Positions 48,091-56,172 of a DNA stretch of 64,000 bases are shown piece by piece. This DNA comes from Gammaproteobacteria bacterium. Lineage in GTDB: Bacteria > Pseudomonadota > Gammaproteobacteria > GCA-001735895. The notes beneath the pieces are model-generated. The model did no database searches, was not told where the DNA came from, and saw nothing but the letters and a program-made list of their open reading frames with translations. The DNA lies in the NCBI GenBank assembly GCA_024225395.1, contig JAAEMR010000020.1, forward strand, positions 327-64,326, in the 5' to 3' direction. The position numbers were made by a program, and so were the translations under genes. The number at the start of each line of letters is the position of its first letter. Position 1 is the stretch's first letter.

Positions 48091-48918
48091 TTATGGCAAA
48101 TCACTGCGTTTGAATAAAAAGTACCCTATACCCGCACACACTGAGCCAAACACTATCGGATAAATTACAGCGTAGGCGATATATCCTGCCTGGGTAAAAT
48201 TATCCAGAATGACGTAAGCGGTTGGCCCTAAAAGAACCAGTTGCGGATCAAACAACATCATCGTTGCCGTTCTGAAAACCTGCATAGGATTCGCCAGTGC
48301 AATCGCTACAGCAGTATTTGGAGGGAGGTTTTCCTGAATCATGATGCCCAGCAAAATTAAATCCAGGAACAATAGTAAAAACAGCCAGGTAATGAAAGCG
48401 GCCCCTTGCGCCACGTCAGACGAACGTGCCAGTGTTGAGATTAACATGCCAATACCTAAAAAACACCAGGCTAGCGCCATCAATAATGCTGTATAAAAAA
48501 CAAAAAGATCCCAGGGTATTTCAGAACCTTTGAGAACCCCCCATATTACCGCACCCAGCATTGCTACAAAAACAGGCAGAAATACAACAAAGAAGCGCCC
48601 GAAAAAGCGCCCCCAAAACCAGGCAGCTAATGAAACAGGTAAAGAAAGCATGTATTCGAAAACTCCCGCTTCACGGTCACCAGCCACAGAACGTACCGTG
48701 GTGATCAATACAAATATGGGCAATATAGCCATTGATAACTGAATATAAGTTACCAGTAATCGTGACAGACCGGTAAAACCCATGATACGAGATTCAGATA
48801 AACCAAAGGCAAAAAGTAACACCACAATGCCACCAAACACCATGGAATAAACCATAAACCAGCGAGCACGTAGAGATTCAATAATATCGGTATAGGCTGT
48901 CAGCCACAGGTGTTTCAT
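48091..48918 (-). CDS. nosY: NosY, ABC-2 type permease of the NosDFY complex
   Basis: 275 aa with 6 transmembrane helices. Operon position alongside nosF and nosD. Confidence 0.8.
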   Translation of the reverse strand: MKHLWLTAYTDIIESLRARWFMVYSMVFGGIVVLLFAFGLSESRIMGFTGLSRLLVTYIQLSMAILPIFVLITTVRSVAGDREAGVFEYMLSLPVSLAAWFWGRFFGRFFVVFLPVFVAMLGAVIWGVLKGSEIPWDLFVFYTALLMALAWCFLGIGMLISTLARSSDVAQGAAFITWLFLLLFLDLILLGIMIQENLPPNTAVAIALANPMQVFRTATMMLFDPQLVLLGPTAYVILDNFTQAGYIAYAVIYPIVFGSVCAGIGYFLFKRSDLP

Positions 48919-49439
48919 TTTAATTTTTCTCTTTCCAGTGCCTGTTCTTTCAGGCGTTGTTGCAATTGTAAACCATGAACATTGAAACGTTCTTCAACTT
49001 TATGAACATAATCTTTTGCCTGTTCAAAATTCAGTCCATCAGGAGCTGTTTCTGACTGGGCACCCAGACCATATTCCATAGGTGTCGTTTTCTTTTTTAC
49101 GTAAGTGGCTGTTTCAGCATTAATCCACTCTTTATTGCGATGGTCTGACACCCATAACTCTGTTCTGTCATCATCTTTCCAGGGTTTATCTTCGAGCCAC
49201 AGAACAGCACATCCAATATCATCGAACTTTGCCACTTTTGAACGTTTTTTATTTTTTGGAAAATAACGTATCTGAGCGGAAAAATGGGGGTCACTCAACA
49301 CCATTCGACAACGTTCACAAATGTCTCTGTCCCATTTAACCTCTATCGGACCCGTTTCCGGTTCGCCAGAGCAGGCTGACATTGTCAACAGAACAAACAG
49401 CCAGAATATACCAGAGCCGGTTGTTAGACGATTAACCAT
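48915..49439 (-). CDS. nosL: NosL copper-chaperone lipoprotein
   Basis: 174 aa. Lipobox LTMSAC and the DRDICERCRM (CxxCxM) motif typical of NosL. Confidence 0.8.
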   Translation of the reverse strand: MVNRLTTGSGIFWLFVLLTMSACSGEPETGPIEVKWDRDICERCRMVLSDPHFSAQIRYFPKNKKRSKVAKFDDIGCAVLWLEDKPWKDDDRTELWVSDHRNKEWINAETATYVKKKTTPMEYGLGAQSETAPDGLNFEQAKDYVHKVEERFNVHGLQLQQRLKEQALEREKLK

Positions 49440-50289
49440 TTAATTCATTCATTTGCACGCCTGCTAGCAGGGCTGCATAACGAGAAATCATTCCCAGAAA
49501 TCTCAATCGATCCGGACCGGCAATACTGCCATTCCACAACACACTATCATCAGTGGGTTTGAAGCCCCACTCGGTGAGTGCTTTTGCGAAAGCATCTTCA
49601 GGTCGAATCATTTTTATACTGCACACCAGTTTACTGGACATATCGACAAGGTCGGCAACTTCATCATCCAGCACAATTTTTCCCTGGTCCATTTCAACCA
49701 CTCTGTTCACCAGAGAAGCCACTTCATCAAGTCGATGACTGGAAATCAACATCGCAGAAGTCTTTTGCTTTTCAGCTAACAACTTAAAAAGAATATGCCT
49801 TGCCTCCGGGTCAAGATTTGCTGCAGGTTCATCCATAACCAGCAATTCGCTGTCCCGCCCTAATGCAATCGCAATTAACAGTTTTTGTTTCTGGCCACCC
49901 GATAATTTAACGAAAGGCTGATGTTTAAAATGGACCGCATCAAAACCTAATTGTTGTGCAACATGAATCATTTCTTCAGGGTCTGCAGCACACAGGCTGG
50001 ATGCAAACTTGATCAATTGTCCGACAGGCATTCTCAGCGGTGGCGGTAACTGCGGTACGAAGCCCACTTTGGATAAAACCAGTTGACGAGACTGACGAGG
50101 ATCCATGTCATCGATAGAGACATCTCCGATAAAGTTATACTGGCCAAGCAGGCAACGTATCAAGGTTGTTTTACCTGCACCGTTGGAACCCACCAGGGCA
50201 ACACGTTGTCCGCGTTGAATGGATAAATCTATATTTTTTAAAACTTCATTGCGACGAAATTTTTTAGTGACATTTGAAAACTGAATCAT
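49432..50289 (-). CDS. nosF: NosF ABC ATPase
   Basis: Walker A GSNGAGKTT, signature LSGGQKQK, Walker B LVMDEP. Confidence 0.85.
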   Translation of the reverse strand: MIQFSNVTKKFRRNEVLKNIDLSIQRGQRVALVGSNGAGKTTLIRCLLGQYNFIGDVSIDDMDPRQSRQLVLSKVGFVPQLPPPLRMPVGQLIKFASSLCAADPEEMIHVAQQLGFDAVHFKHQPFVKLSGGQKQKLLIAIALGRDSELLVMDEPAANLDPEARHILFKLLAEKQKTSAMLISSHRLDEVASLVNRVVEMDQGKIVLDDEVADLVDMSSKLVCSIKMIRPEDAFAKALTEWGFKPTDDSVLWNGSIAGPDRLRFLGMISRYAALLAGVQMNELNG

Positions 50290-50293
50290 GATT

Positions 50294-51265
50294 TTATAAA
50301 AACTTATCCAAACCTTTGAACTTAAAATTTAACGAATCGGTAGGACAGACATCAACACACATACCGCATCGTGTACAATCAGAAACGACATCCAGATTTA
50401 TATCGCTAGCCCGGCCACGAATCGTTAAATCCAGCACATGGGGGACTTCACATATTTTTCGACAATCACCTTCATGGTGGCAATTTTCAGCGTTATAAGT
50501 CACACGAAGAGGAGAAATCGTACCGACGACTGCATAGGTCACTCCGATTGGACAGACGTATCGGCACCAGGCCCGGCGAGATACAAATGTTTCAAACAAC
50601 AGTAAAATTCCAACCCAGATTAATGCAACTCCCGGCCCATAGATTATTGCTCGACTTAATATTCCGGTGGGTGAAATTGTTTCGAAAACGGTATAGCCTG
50701 ACAATATAGCCATCAATGCAAAAATCACATAAAACACGCTACGCGTTTTACGATGAAAGGTATGGCTCTTTATGATTTTTTTACCCACTAACCAGACATG
50801 AATCATTTCAGTCCACTCAGCCAGTAAATGATATGGACAGACCCATGAACAGAAGGTTCTGCCGCCTAATAATAACCACATAATGAACACTGTGGTGGTG
50901 CCAATAACAAGATTCAAAACGACATGTTTATAAGCCAGCATGACCTGTAAAGCTGAATTTAAATCGGCCAAATGAAAACCTACAAATCGGGATGCCGTCA
51001 TCGCACCTTCAAGAAGCTGTACATCAAACTTATAGGAAACAAGAAATAGAAAATTTACCACAATAATCGTAATCCAGCGACGTCTTGTCCATTTATTACA
51101 ACAGGTTTTTCGATGTTCATGACGAGCAGATTCAATATCAGCTTTAGTCAGGTTACCTACTTTTCTCTTATAAATTGCTTTTAACGCTTCGGGCTGCTCT
51201 TCTTTAGATGGTCTGCTTGGCTTATTGCCAAAAACCTGGGATAAGGATTCTATAATATAATTCAT
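50294..51265 (-). CDS. nosH: NosH, NapH-like membrane Fe-S quinol dehydrogenase subunit; start revised to ATG 51265
   Basis: Four transmembrane helices with CSWVCPYH and CRYVCPIG motifs. The C-terminus has two 4Fe-4S motifs (CHHEGDCRKICEVP, CTRCGMCVDVCP). Confidence 0.8.
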   Translation of the reverse strand: MNYIIESLSQVFGNKPSRPSKEEQPEALKAIYKRKVGNLTKADIESARHEHRKTCCNKWTRRRWITIIVVNFLFLVSYKFDVQLLEGAMTASRFVGFHLADLNSALQVMLAYKHVVLNLVIGTTTVFIMWLLLGGRTFCSWVCPYHLLAEWTEMIHVWLVGKKIIKSHTFHRKTRSVFYVIFALMAILSGYTVFETISPTGILSRAIIYGPGVALIWVGILLLFETFVSRRAWCRYVCPIGVTYAVVGTISPLRVTYNAENCHHEGDCRKICEVPHVLDLTIRGRASDINLDVVSDCTRCGMCVDVCPTDSLNFKFKGLDKFL

Positions 51266-51270
51266 TTCAC

Positions 51271-52158
51271 TCAGCCCCAATCCGTAATTTTATCAATATC
51301 AACCACAATGGCAGGATCTCCTTCAACAGGGCAAATCATTTCACAAACCCCGCAACCCACACAGCCGTCAAGTACTGCCGGTACCATCGTCATTAATCCG
51401 TTTCTATCCTGAATCACCTGCATTTCAATTGCATGTTTAGGCGGGCACTCATTACCATGCTGTTCTGCTACCCTCGCTAGCTTTCCTTCGCTTTTAGCTT
51501 CTAAACGTTGCTTTTCTTTTTCTGCACACTGGGTTATTCGAATTTCTATTGGACATTGTCTAACGCACAGATCACAAATTTCAATATCATATTCATGCTC
51601 AGCAACTGGAAGAGGGTTCCAGCGGTCAATTTCATCGTACCTTAACAGCCCTTTATAATCCGGACCTCTGGCAACCCCTTTGAAGCCTTTCCCATGTACA
51701 GCCAGGCAGCTTTTGGGTTTATCCATGCGAGCAAAACCCATGCGAGTATCGGCCGGGTAATCAAGGTCATGAGTTAATGAACCCGTCGGGCACGCCAGAA
51801 CACACTGCAAGCCATCACAGGAAAAATCGCAGGCCTGTTCTCTGGCATCAATATAGGGGAGACCGATTCCAATACCTTCATCCAGATCAGACAGTTTGAT
51901 GGCGTTGACCGGACATACCTGAACACATTGCCCACATTTAATGCAAGATGAATAAAACTGCTGCTCATCTAACAAATTTTTAAGTGCACCTGGCGGACGC
52001 AAACGACTGGATGTACCCTGCACCACAGGAATAAATCCCGCTAAAGACAATGTTACGACACCAGCCGTCAAAACTGCTGAGCGAATAAACTCTCTTCGAT
52101 TACTTTCTCTACGACTCTTACTGAGTACAATCTTTTTCTTTTTTGTAGATTTAGTCAT
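51271..52158 (-). CDS. nosG: NosG, NapG-like periplasmic poly-ferredoxin
   Basis: Tat leader NRREFIRSAVLTAG and four Cys clusters (CIKCGQCVQVCP, CDGLQCVLACP, CDLCVRQCP, CVGCGVCEMICP). Confidence 0.8.
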   Translation of the reverse strand: MTKSTKKKKIVLSKSRRESNRREFIRSAVLTAGVVTLSLAGFIPVVQGTSSRLRPPGALKNLLDEQQFYSSCIKCGQCVQVCPVNAIKLSDLDEGIGIGLPYIDAREQACDFSCDGLQCVLACPTGSLTHDLDYPADTRMGFARMDKPKSCLAVHGKGFKGVARGPDYKGLLRYDEIDRWNPLPVAEHEYDIEICDLCVRQCPIEIRITQCAEKEKQRLEAKSEGKLARVAEQHGNECPPKHAIEMQVIQDRNGLMTMVPAVLDGCVGCGVCEMICPVEGDPAIVVDIDKITDWG

Positions 52159-52164
52159 TTGTGA

Positions 52165-53412
52165 TCACTCTTTGGTTAAGCCACTCACTTTTACCTTTGC
52201 TTCCATTAAAGGATTTTTATCTCTGACCAGCATATCCGGCTTACTGAATGGAGCCAGTCTTTCCAGAAAGTCTAATACTGCCATCACCGGCGTACCCTGT
52301 AAAAAGCGGGCTGCTGGAACATCCATCCAAATCCTGTCTGCATATCCATAAAGCTCATACGGTGTATCACCGATTCCATCATTATCCAGGTCAAAACCTT
52401 CGTAATCATCCCAGTAGTTATCTTTCCACACGTTACGATTCGCAGTTTTACCGCCTGCTACCGAAATTTGCGTCTGGTTTCCTTTAAAGGAATTACGTTC
52501 GAATACATTGCCCTTCCAGTCGTTAAGAAAATCGATGCCAATATTGGTAAAAGCAATGACATTATCATGGATACGATTAGTAGTTTCCGGGTCGTAAGGC
52601 GACACATCGATATACATGCCCGTTGCACAATATAAGATCTGATTATCATAAATATCGACATCAGATGTTTCCTTAAAACCGATTCCCAAACCTGTCGGAC
52701 CATTGGCATAGGCAATATAATTTCCATGCACCTTAACACTGTCACTGTACATTAAAAAAATACCTACAGAGTTGTTCTCATAATGGTTTGAATCAACGTC
52801 ATTATAACGTGAGTACATAAAATGCAGCGAGTAACGGCCACCGCGTGAATCATTTCTCGCGATTGTATTATCTGCCGAATACCAGACCACCATATCACGG
52901 CTATTACGAATGACATTGTCTTCAATTTTATTATTAAAACTGTACCACAGTCGAACAGAGTCACCCCGAACACCAAGATCAACATCTTTAGATGAAATTG
53001 TATTTCTACGAATGATATTAAAATCTGACTGCTGCAGGTCGACGCCAAATAAACTATTATCAATTACAACGTCTTTGACAACATTAAAATTTCCACGAAC
53101 CTGAACGCCTGCGTCAATATCATTATGCGAGTTGCCTGTATTTGTCAGGCGCAGATTCCTGATCACCGCACCATCAGTATCCAGGTAAATAACCGAACCG
53201 GTTCCACCTGCATCAATGGTAACTTTGTTCTTTCCATCTATGGTTAAAGGATAATCAAGAGTGACCGGTCCCGAATAAGTACCGGGAGGAGGAATGAGAA
53301 TAGAATTGGGTTCAGCAGCATCCACCAGATCCTGCAAAGGAGGGTACTCAGCAGCATAACCTGTTAACGGTGTAACAAGAAAAACTAGACCGGCTGCAAT
53401 GTATTTAAGCAT
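52165..53412 (-). CDS. nosD: NosD periplasmic beta-helix protein
   Basis: 415 aa. Signal peptide and repeated parallel beta-helix segments (NTISS..., DNVIRNS..., NHYENNSVGIFLMYS...). Confidence 0.9.
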   Translation of the reverse strand: MLKYIAAGLVFLVTPLTGYAAEYPPLQDLVDAAEPNSILIPPPGTYSGPVTLDYPLTIDGKNKVTIDAGGTGSVIYLDTDGAVIRNLRLTNTGNSHNDIDAGVQVRGNFNVVKDVVIDNSLFGVDLQQSDFNIIRRNTISSKDVDLGVRGDSVRLWYSFNNKIEDNVIRNSRDMVVWYSADNTIARNDSRGGRYSLHFMYSRYNDVDSNHYENNSVGIFLMYSDSVKVHGNYIAYANGPTGLGIGFKETSDVDIYDNQILYCATGMYIDVSPYDPETTNRIHDNVIAFTNIGIDFLNDWKGNVFERNSFKGNQTQISVAGGKTANRNVWKDNYWDDYEGFDLDNDGIGDTPYELYGYADRIWMDVPAARFLQGTPVMAVLDFLERLAPFSKPDMLVRDKNPLMEAKVKVSGLTKE

Positions 53413-53445
53413 GCGTTATTTTTTAAGTTCAAAGCATTTTTATCG

Positions 53446-53573
53446 CAGAGGACGCAAAGGTATGCAGTGGAAACCTTATATATTATGAATTATTAAAAAG
53501 CAATTGTCGTCAAATTAATATAATCCAAATTTTTAGTCTTACCTGAAAACCTTGCGTACCTCTGCGTCCTTTG
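53446..53573. repeat. 25-bp imperfect inverted repeats flanking a 78-bp AT-rich core in the nosB-nosD spacer
   Basis: cagaggacgcaaaggtatgcagtgg (53446-53470) compared with the reverse complement of 53549-53573, caaaggacgcagaggtacgcaaggt: 19 of 25 identical, and four of the six mismatches are transitions. Confidence 0.5.
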
Positions 53574-53585
53574 TGGTTATTTTTA

Positions 53586-54773
53586 TTAGTCAGTCGACTT
53601 AAACTGCTTACGACGGATCAGTGCAGCAGGTGTTAAAACAGCAAACACTGCCAACATCATAAAGAAACCGGTATCAGGATAAGAATGAGTAGCAAATTGA
53701 GCCACCTTGCCATCACCAAAAACGGTAGGCATAAACGGTTTAACCGAAAAGGCACCCATGTCATTAAGCGTGTGGCCATACCACCACAACCAGGCAGAAT
53801 AATCGATGAGGAAAAATAACGGAAGTGCCATGGGTACTAGAACCAGTAACCAGTACAGAATTCCACCATTTTTACGTGCACCAAAAATAAGTAGCAGCAT
53901 GGCTCCAATTAATCCCCAGAAAACCACATGCAAAGCCATCTTCAATACCTTAACCATCGGCTCTATTTCAGCCGGATTATTAAAATATCTGCCAAGACTT
54001 TTTTCATAGTGCCAGGCCATTATCTGAAAGGAGCTTCCATCCCAGTCTTCCATATCAGCAGACTTGGCACGATCAATATCATAGGTATCTTTTAATTGGC
54101 CAATCAAATGCCCTTTAGTACCGAGCTCTCCTTCTTCAGCCAGTTTTTTCTGCTCTTCAACTTCAGAAGGCAGGATAACTTCAACGCCGGAATCTTCCAG
54201 AGACTTCTTCAGCACACCTGTAATTCCACCAATAACGAATTCAGGTTCAGCATCCACTGTCGTATCCCCGGCATCCTGGTCGAGAGATGTCATCAGAGCC
54301 TCGGCAAATCCTTCATTTTGTAAATGGAATCCATCTTCTGAGTACATTGCCTGGTACATCCACACAGCAATCACAAAAAAACCAATACTCAGGATTGTCA
54401 TACGAATTTTAGGCTTAGAGCACATAAATCCCAGCAACATGACCATCATGAATACAACCAGAAATTGCCCGAAACCACGCTCTACCGGACCACCGGCAGC
54501 AATCGGGTACATGCCAACATAGTGATTGATGGTATCCATTTCATGCACACAATCGAGCGCTTCATCTTCGGTTATTTCAACTTTATCCTGCTTTTTACAG
54601 CCATTAAATACACCATTGATATGAAACTGAATTCGAACACCATCAGGAAAAGATTCAGCCGGATAGTTTGGAGCTGTTAAAGAAACCCACCATACTGATG
54701 AATAAAAAATAGCACCTAGCAAACCTATAGCAATAAGACTAAGGATACCGACTTTTAAGTTTTGAACGTTCAT
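53586..54773 (-). CDS. nosB: NosB-like polytopic membrane protein (clade II nos clusters)
   Basis: 395 aa with multiple transmembrane helices and a large acidic loop. Positioned between the nosZ/cytochrome genes and nosD, as in clade II clusters. Assigned mainly by context. Confidence 0.6.
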   Translation of the reverse strand: MNVQNLKVGILSLIAIGLLGAIFYSSVWWVSLTAPNYPAESFPDGVRIQFHINGVFNGCKKQDKVEITEDEALDCVHEMDTINHYVGMYPIAAGGPVERGFGQFLVVFMMVMLLGFMCSKPKIRMTILSIGFFVIAVWMYQAMYSEDGFHLQNEGFAEALMTSLDQDAGDTTVDAEPEFVIGGITGVLKKSLEDSGVEVILPSEVEEQKKLAEEGELGTKGHLIGQLKDTYDIDRAKSADMEDWDGSSFQIMAWHYEKSLGRYFNNPAEIEPMVKVLKMALHVVFWGLIGAMLLLIFGARKNGGILYWLLVLVPMALPLFFLIDYSAWLWWYGHTLNDMGAFSVKPFMPTVFGDGKVAQFATHSYPDTGFFMMLAVFAVLTPAALIRRKQFKSTD

Positions 54774-54866
54774 TGAATTTGGCCTTAAGAATGATGTGGT
54801 TTTGTATAGCCCAAAAATGAAAAAGGCTGGACTGACAAAAGCTAGCCCAACCTAATCTGAAATAGA

Positions 54867-54891
54867 ATAACTCCCGCCAGGCGGAAGTTAT
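54867..54891 (-). terminator. Strong hairpin between the diheme cytochrome gene and nosB (attenuator or processing site)
   Basis: ATAACTTCCGCC-tg-GGCGGGAGTTAT on the minus strand, about 11 bp of stem including one G.U pair. Confidence 0.45.
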
Positions 54892-54897
54892 TATTAA

Positions 54898-55626
54898 TTA
54901 ATCGTAGTCTGGATTTTGCCAGTCAGCAGATGGAGCCAGGTCTTTAGGATCGACCGGAGTTCTTGAAACCCAGTTAATAACCATTTTCATTTCTTTATTA
55001 GAAAAACCTGCGATCTGCTTCACCATGTCTGGATTAGCGTTACGACGCTTACCATCTCTGATCCACTCAAACTGTCTCAGCATATATTCATAATGCTGAC
55101 CTTCAATACGTGGATAGAATTTATCAGGCATGCCTTCACCATGATCACCATGACATTGAACACAGTTATCTTTGTACAGCTTTTCGCCCTGGTCATATTC
55201 AGCAGTTCCTTTAGCCCACTCACCTTTTCCATTATCAGGATTCATAGGTAAAGTTGCGATATAAGCCGTTACATCAGCCAGCGCCTGTTCATCACCAATA
55301 GATTCAGGTAATGCAAATGGGTACATAGTAGGGTTGTCACGATTCAGCGCACGAATATCAGCTAACTGCTTGATCAGTACTTCGCGAGATTGCCCGGCAA
55401 GTTGCGGGAAAGTTCCGTTCGTCATGCCCCAGCCTTCCAGTAAATGGCAAGCAGAACATACTTCATAAACTTCTATGCCATTTTCACGATCGGGAGTTAA
55501 TGTCATGGCTACAGTTTTTTCACCACCTTCTGCATTCCACTCGACTTTACCTGCCGCTAATACCGAGCTGCTCATAGAGAGTCCTACTAGCACAACTCCA
55601 GCTTTTGATAATAAATTTAATTTCAT
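54898..55626 (-). CDS. Diheme cytochrome c (c4-like), NosC-type electron donor candidate
   Basis: 242 aa. Signal peptide, CSACH and CVQCH, with FPQLAGQ / YPRIEGQ motifs. Confidence 0.8.
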   Translation of the reverse strand: MKLNLLSKAGVVLVGLSMSSSVLAAGKVEWNAEGGEKTVAMTLTPDRENGIEVYEVCSACHLLEGWGMTNGTFPQLAGQSREVLIKQLADIRALNRDNPTMYPFALPESIGDEQALADVTAYIATLPMNPDNGKGEWAKGTAEYDQGEKLYKDNCVQCHGDHGEGMPDKFYPRIEGQHYEYMLRQFEWIRDGKRRNANPDMVKQIAGFSNKEMKMVINWVSRTPVDPKDLAPSADWQNPDYD

Positions 55627-55690
55627 AAGTATTCTCTGTTAACCGTGACAATTTAAATAAAGATTGTTACATAAGTAACCGCTAATATAC

Positions 55691-55704
55691 TTGACTCACA
55701 TCAA
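55691..55704 (-). promoter_or_regulatory. FNR/DNR-like box TTGACtcacATCAA inside a 42-nt palindrome between the two cytochrome c genes
   Basis: The box centre lies about 71 nt upstream of ATG 55626. It is flanked by the perfect inverted repeat cgctaatata / tatattagcg (55680-55721). Confidence 0.45.
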
Positions 55705-55731
55705 GAACAAATATATTAGCGTTACTAAATA

Positions 55732-56049
55732 CTATTGAGTCGCTAACCAGTTAGCAATTTCAGTTATTTCAGCATCATTTACTAAAGACATGATGCCTTT
55801 CATGGCAGCTGTCTGACCGTTATTACGCTTACCAGATTTAATATCTTTCATCTGGTTCACAGCATACTGTGCATTTTGCCCAGCCAGTTTTGGATAAATA
55901 GGCAGTAGTGGAGTTTTAGCATCTTTACCATGACAAGACCAACAAGTCTTTGCCTGATATAAAGCTGCGCCGTCAGCCTGAGCAACAGGGCTCATAGAAA
56001 AAGCGATCATAGCCGCCGGGATAATTGCTAAAGTTTTTGATAATTTCAT
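55732..56049 (-). CDS. Monoheme class I cytochrome c (c55x-like), NosC-type
   Basis: 105 aa. Signal peptide, CWSCH, YPKLAGQ, and a distal Met region AAMKGIM. Confidence 0.8.
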   Translation of the reverse strand: MKLSKTLAIIPAAMIAFSMSPVAQADGAALYQAKTCWSCHGKDAKTPLLPIYPKLAGQNAQYAVNQMKDIKSGKRNNGQTAAMKGIMSLVNDAEITEIANWLATQ

Positions 56050-56084
56050 AATTTCACCTAATTTTATGTGGAAATGAGTTTCCT

Positions 56085-56118
56085 AAACGAAACAGGGGGA
56101 GCATAAATGCTCCCCCTG
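56085..56118 (-). terminator. Rho-independent terminator/attenuator just downstream of nosZ
   Basis: Perfect 11-bp stem CAGGGGGAGCA-tTTa-TGCTCCCCCTG followed by TTTCGTTT on the minus strand. A second 6-bp inverted repeat lies at 56140-56163. Confidence 0.65.
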
Positions 56119-56172
56119 AATTTAAGCTGAATAACTATACTAGAGAAAAGAAAAAAGCTCTAGATCAAGTTA

